From positions 166,979-230,978 of the forward strand of contig QPGO01000008.1 of the NCBI GenBank assembly GCA_008632985.1: DNA of 64,000 bases, in the 5' to 3' direction. This stretch comes from Psammoneis japonica. Taxonomy: Eukaryota. This document shows positions 62,569 to 64,000 of the stretch, piece by piece; position 1 is the first letter of the stretch, and each line of letters begins with the position of its first letter. The position numbers and the translations under genes are program-made. Below the pieces are notes generated by a model. The model searched no databases. It was not told the origin of the DNA and was given only the letters and a program-made list of their open reading frames with translations.

Positions 62569-64000
62569 GCCGTATCTGTCTTCATTGTGCACCACAATGG
62601 TCTGTAGGGATGAAGATGCCGGCATGCATTTGTCCGCAAGCAGTCTGGTCACCTTTAGATCACAACCTGTGAACGCAACAAACAGCAAAAGTAACATTAC
62701 ATGAATGAGATGGCGCTTATGGAAAAGAATTCAGGTGATTCTCTCCACTTCAAGGCACTTACACAACCTGCGATGTTAACAAACAGCAACAAAGAAGTCA
62801 CGAGTTAGAAATTTGCAGAAGGACTACTACTTTTCCGTCCCTCCATGTGTTGGGCTACTTACAGTCGAGCTATGCCTAGGCAGTTGAAAACGCAAAACTT
62901 GGGATCAAAACTGCTAGGATCAATGAAGAACATGTTCACGTTCGAGTGGTTGTACATGTTGTATCCTTTGAAAACATTTGCTGTCTTATTCACTTCGTGT
63001 CTCCATTTCTCAGAGTCAGAAGTGTCAAAAGCTGAAGGGACAAACACAAGATTTACCTTTCCCACATCGAGCCGAGTCCCGAAATCGTGTTTGATGGGAA
63101 AGCATTCCGGCGATGCCATACAAACACCGCTGCGACACGTTTTTGACATACACCTTTCGTCCGAAGTACATGGTAAGCCGGTACCTAACAAGGACATTTC
63201 ATCAAGAGGTGCCGTTGGCTTCAGTGTTGGAGCAGCTGGTGGTGCAGTGGTCGTTTCATTGTCGGGGCTTCTGTAGTAGGAATCGGTGTTGGGCTTTGCG
63301 TCGGGCTCGGTGTTGGGCTTCGCGTCGGAGTCGCTGAGGGACTTCGTGAGGGGGATAAAGTTGGAGCCTTTGTTGGCATGAGCGTAGGTTTTCCTGTTGG
63401 TGTCGAGTTTGGTGGTACCGCTGGAATGATCTGTGTAGGTTCCGGGGACATGCTAGGCCCATTACTAGGGTGTTCAGTACGGGGCTGTCGCGAAGGTACT
63501 GTTGTTGGCGCAGCCGTAGGATTGAAGTTTGGGGAAAAAGTTGGGCTTTCTGTGGAATCATGTTGTGGTGATGATTTCGTAGAATAGGTTTCCGTAGAGC
63601 AATAACCTGGGCGATTTGCCTCGCTCGCCCGACACCACTTTTCACACCTGACTTTGAGCTCGATGCTAATATCTTTGTCAAAACAACCTTTTCGTTCGCA
63701 CTTGTTGCATTGCTCTACCTTGCAACTAGCTACTGCTTTGCATCCCCATTTTAAACATTTCAGGTTTTCTTCTTTTTTCGAGCTGAAGCAGCCTAAGTTC
63801 AAGCACGTGCGACATCGAACCCGTTGACATCGTAGAGAAGAATAGCAATTCCACTCCCCTCTGCATTTTCTGGCGTCAACGATGTAAGCTCTGTTGTAGC
63901 ATCCCTTGCTCAAGCATTTTGTGCACTTGTGCACCGAATCATTATCTCCGCTGGAAGATTCACTGATCTCTGGATCATGGGGCTTTGAGTTTGTGAATCC
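61552..64000 (-). CDS. Second M64-like metallopeptidase (5' end outside the window); exons >64000-62863, 62767-62763, 62666-62224, 62130-61552; apparent 1-nt frameshift near 63260
   Basis: Cys-rich modules, an xPT stalk and VAVHELGHSLFALADEY. The last exon FPPYCDVFDIEPNYLLSYC..GFYRRENILGDY is homologous to FPSYCQVFDFEPGYLVNFC..GLYRKKRVIGDY of the 24.8-kb gene. Confidence 0.7.

Noticed and set aside
1..64000. tRNA, rRNA or other structured RNA genes
   Set aside because: None recognised by eye; a covariance-model search would be needed to exclude them.

Overview
Eukaryotic DNA with short GT-AG introns, most likely from a diatom (AdoMetDC-aminopropyltransferase-SET fusion, helicase-associated-domain genes). 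Gene islands (about 8.0-14.1, 24.6-31.7, 33.4-42.0 and 59.4-64 kb) alternate sharply with decayed transposon blocks (about 1-7.9, 14.2-24.5, 31.8-33.3 and 42.8-58.9 kb). Genes: a Zn-finger protein with 10 tandem ~102-aa repeats, PEX19, two secreted-type M64-like metallopeptidases, two HVRRGD fucosyltransferase-like paralogs, two HA-domain proteins, DUF1279/FAM210, the polyamine fusion enzyme, and eIF3i plus a frameshifted duplicate. TE relics: MULE, Plavaka, Gypsy LTR, tyrosine-recombinase and P-like elements, plus MITEs. The main signal is that TE blocks have lost TpA as well as CpG, both converted to TpG/CpA. Duplicated sequence inside the window shows this directly: by hand count, 14/14 TpA sites are converted in a gene fragment trapped in a TE block, while its gene-island twin keeps them. 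This points to a position-dependent TpA-targeted A>G hypermutation, opposite in direction to fungal RIP and apparently not triggered by homology. All alignments and counts were done by eye, and family names come from motif recognition, not database searches.
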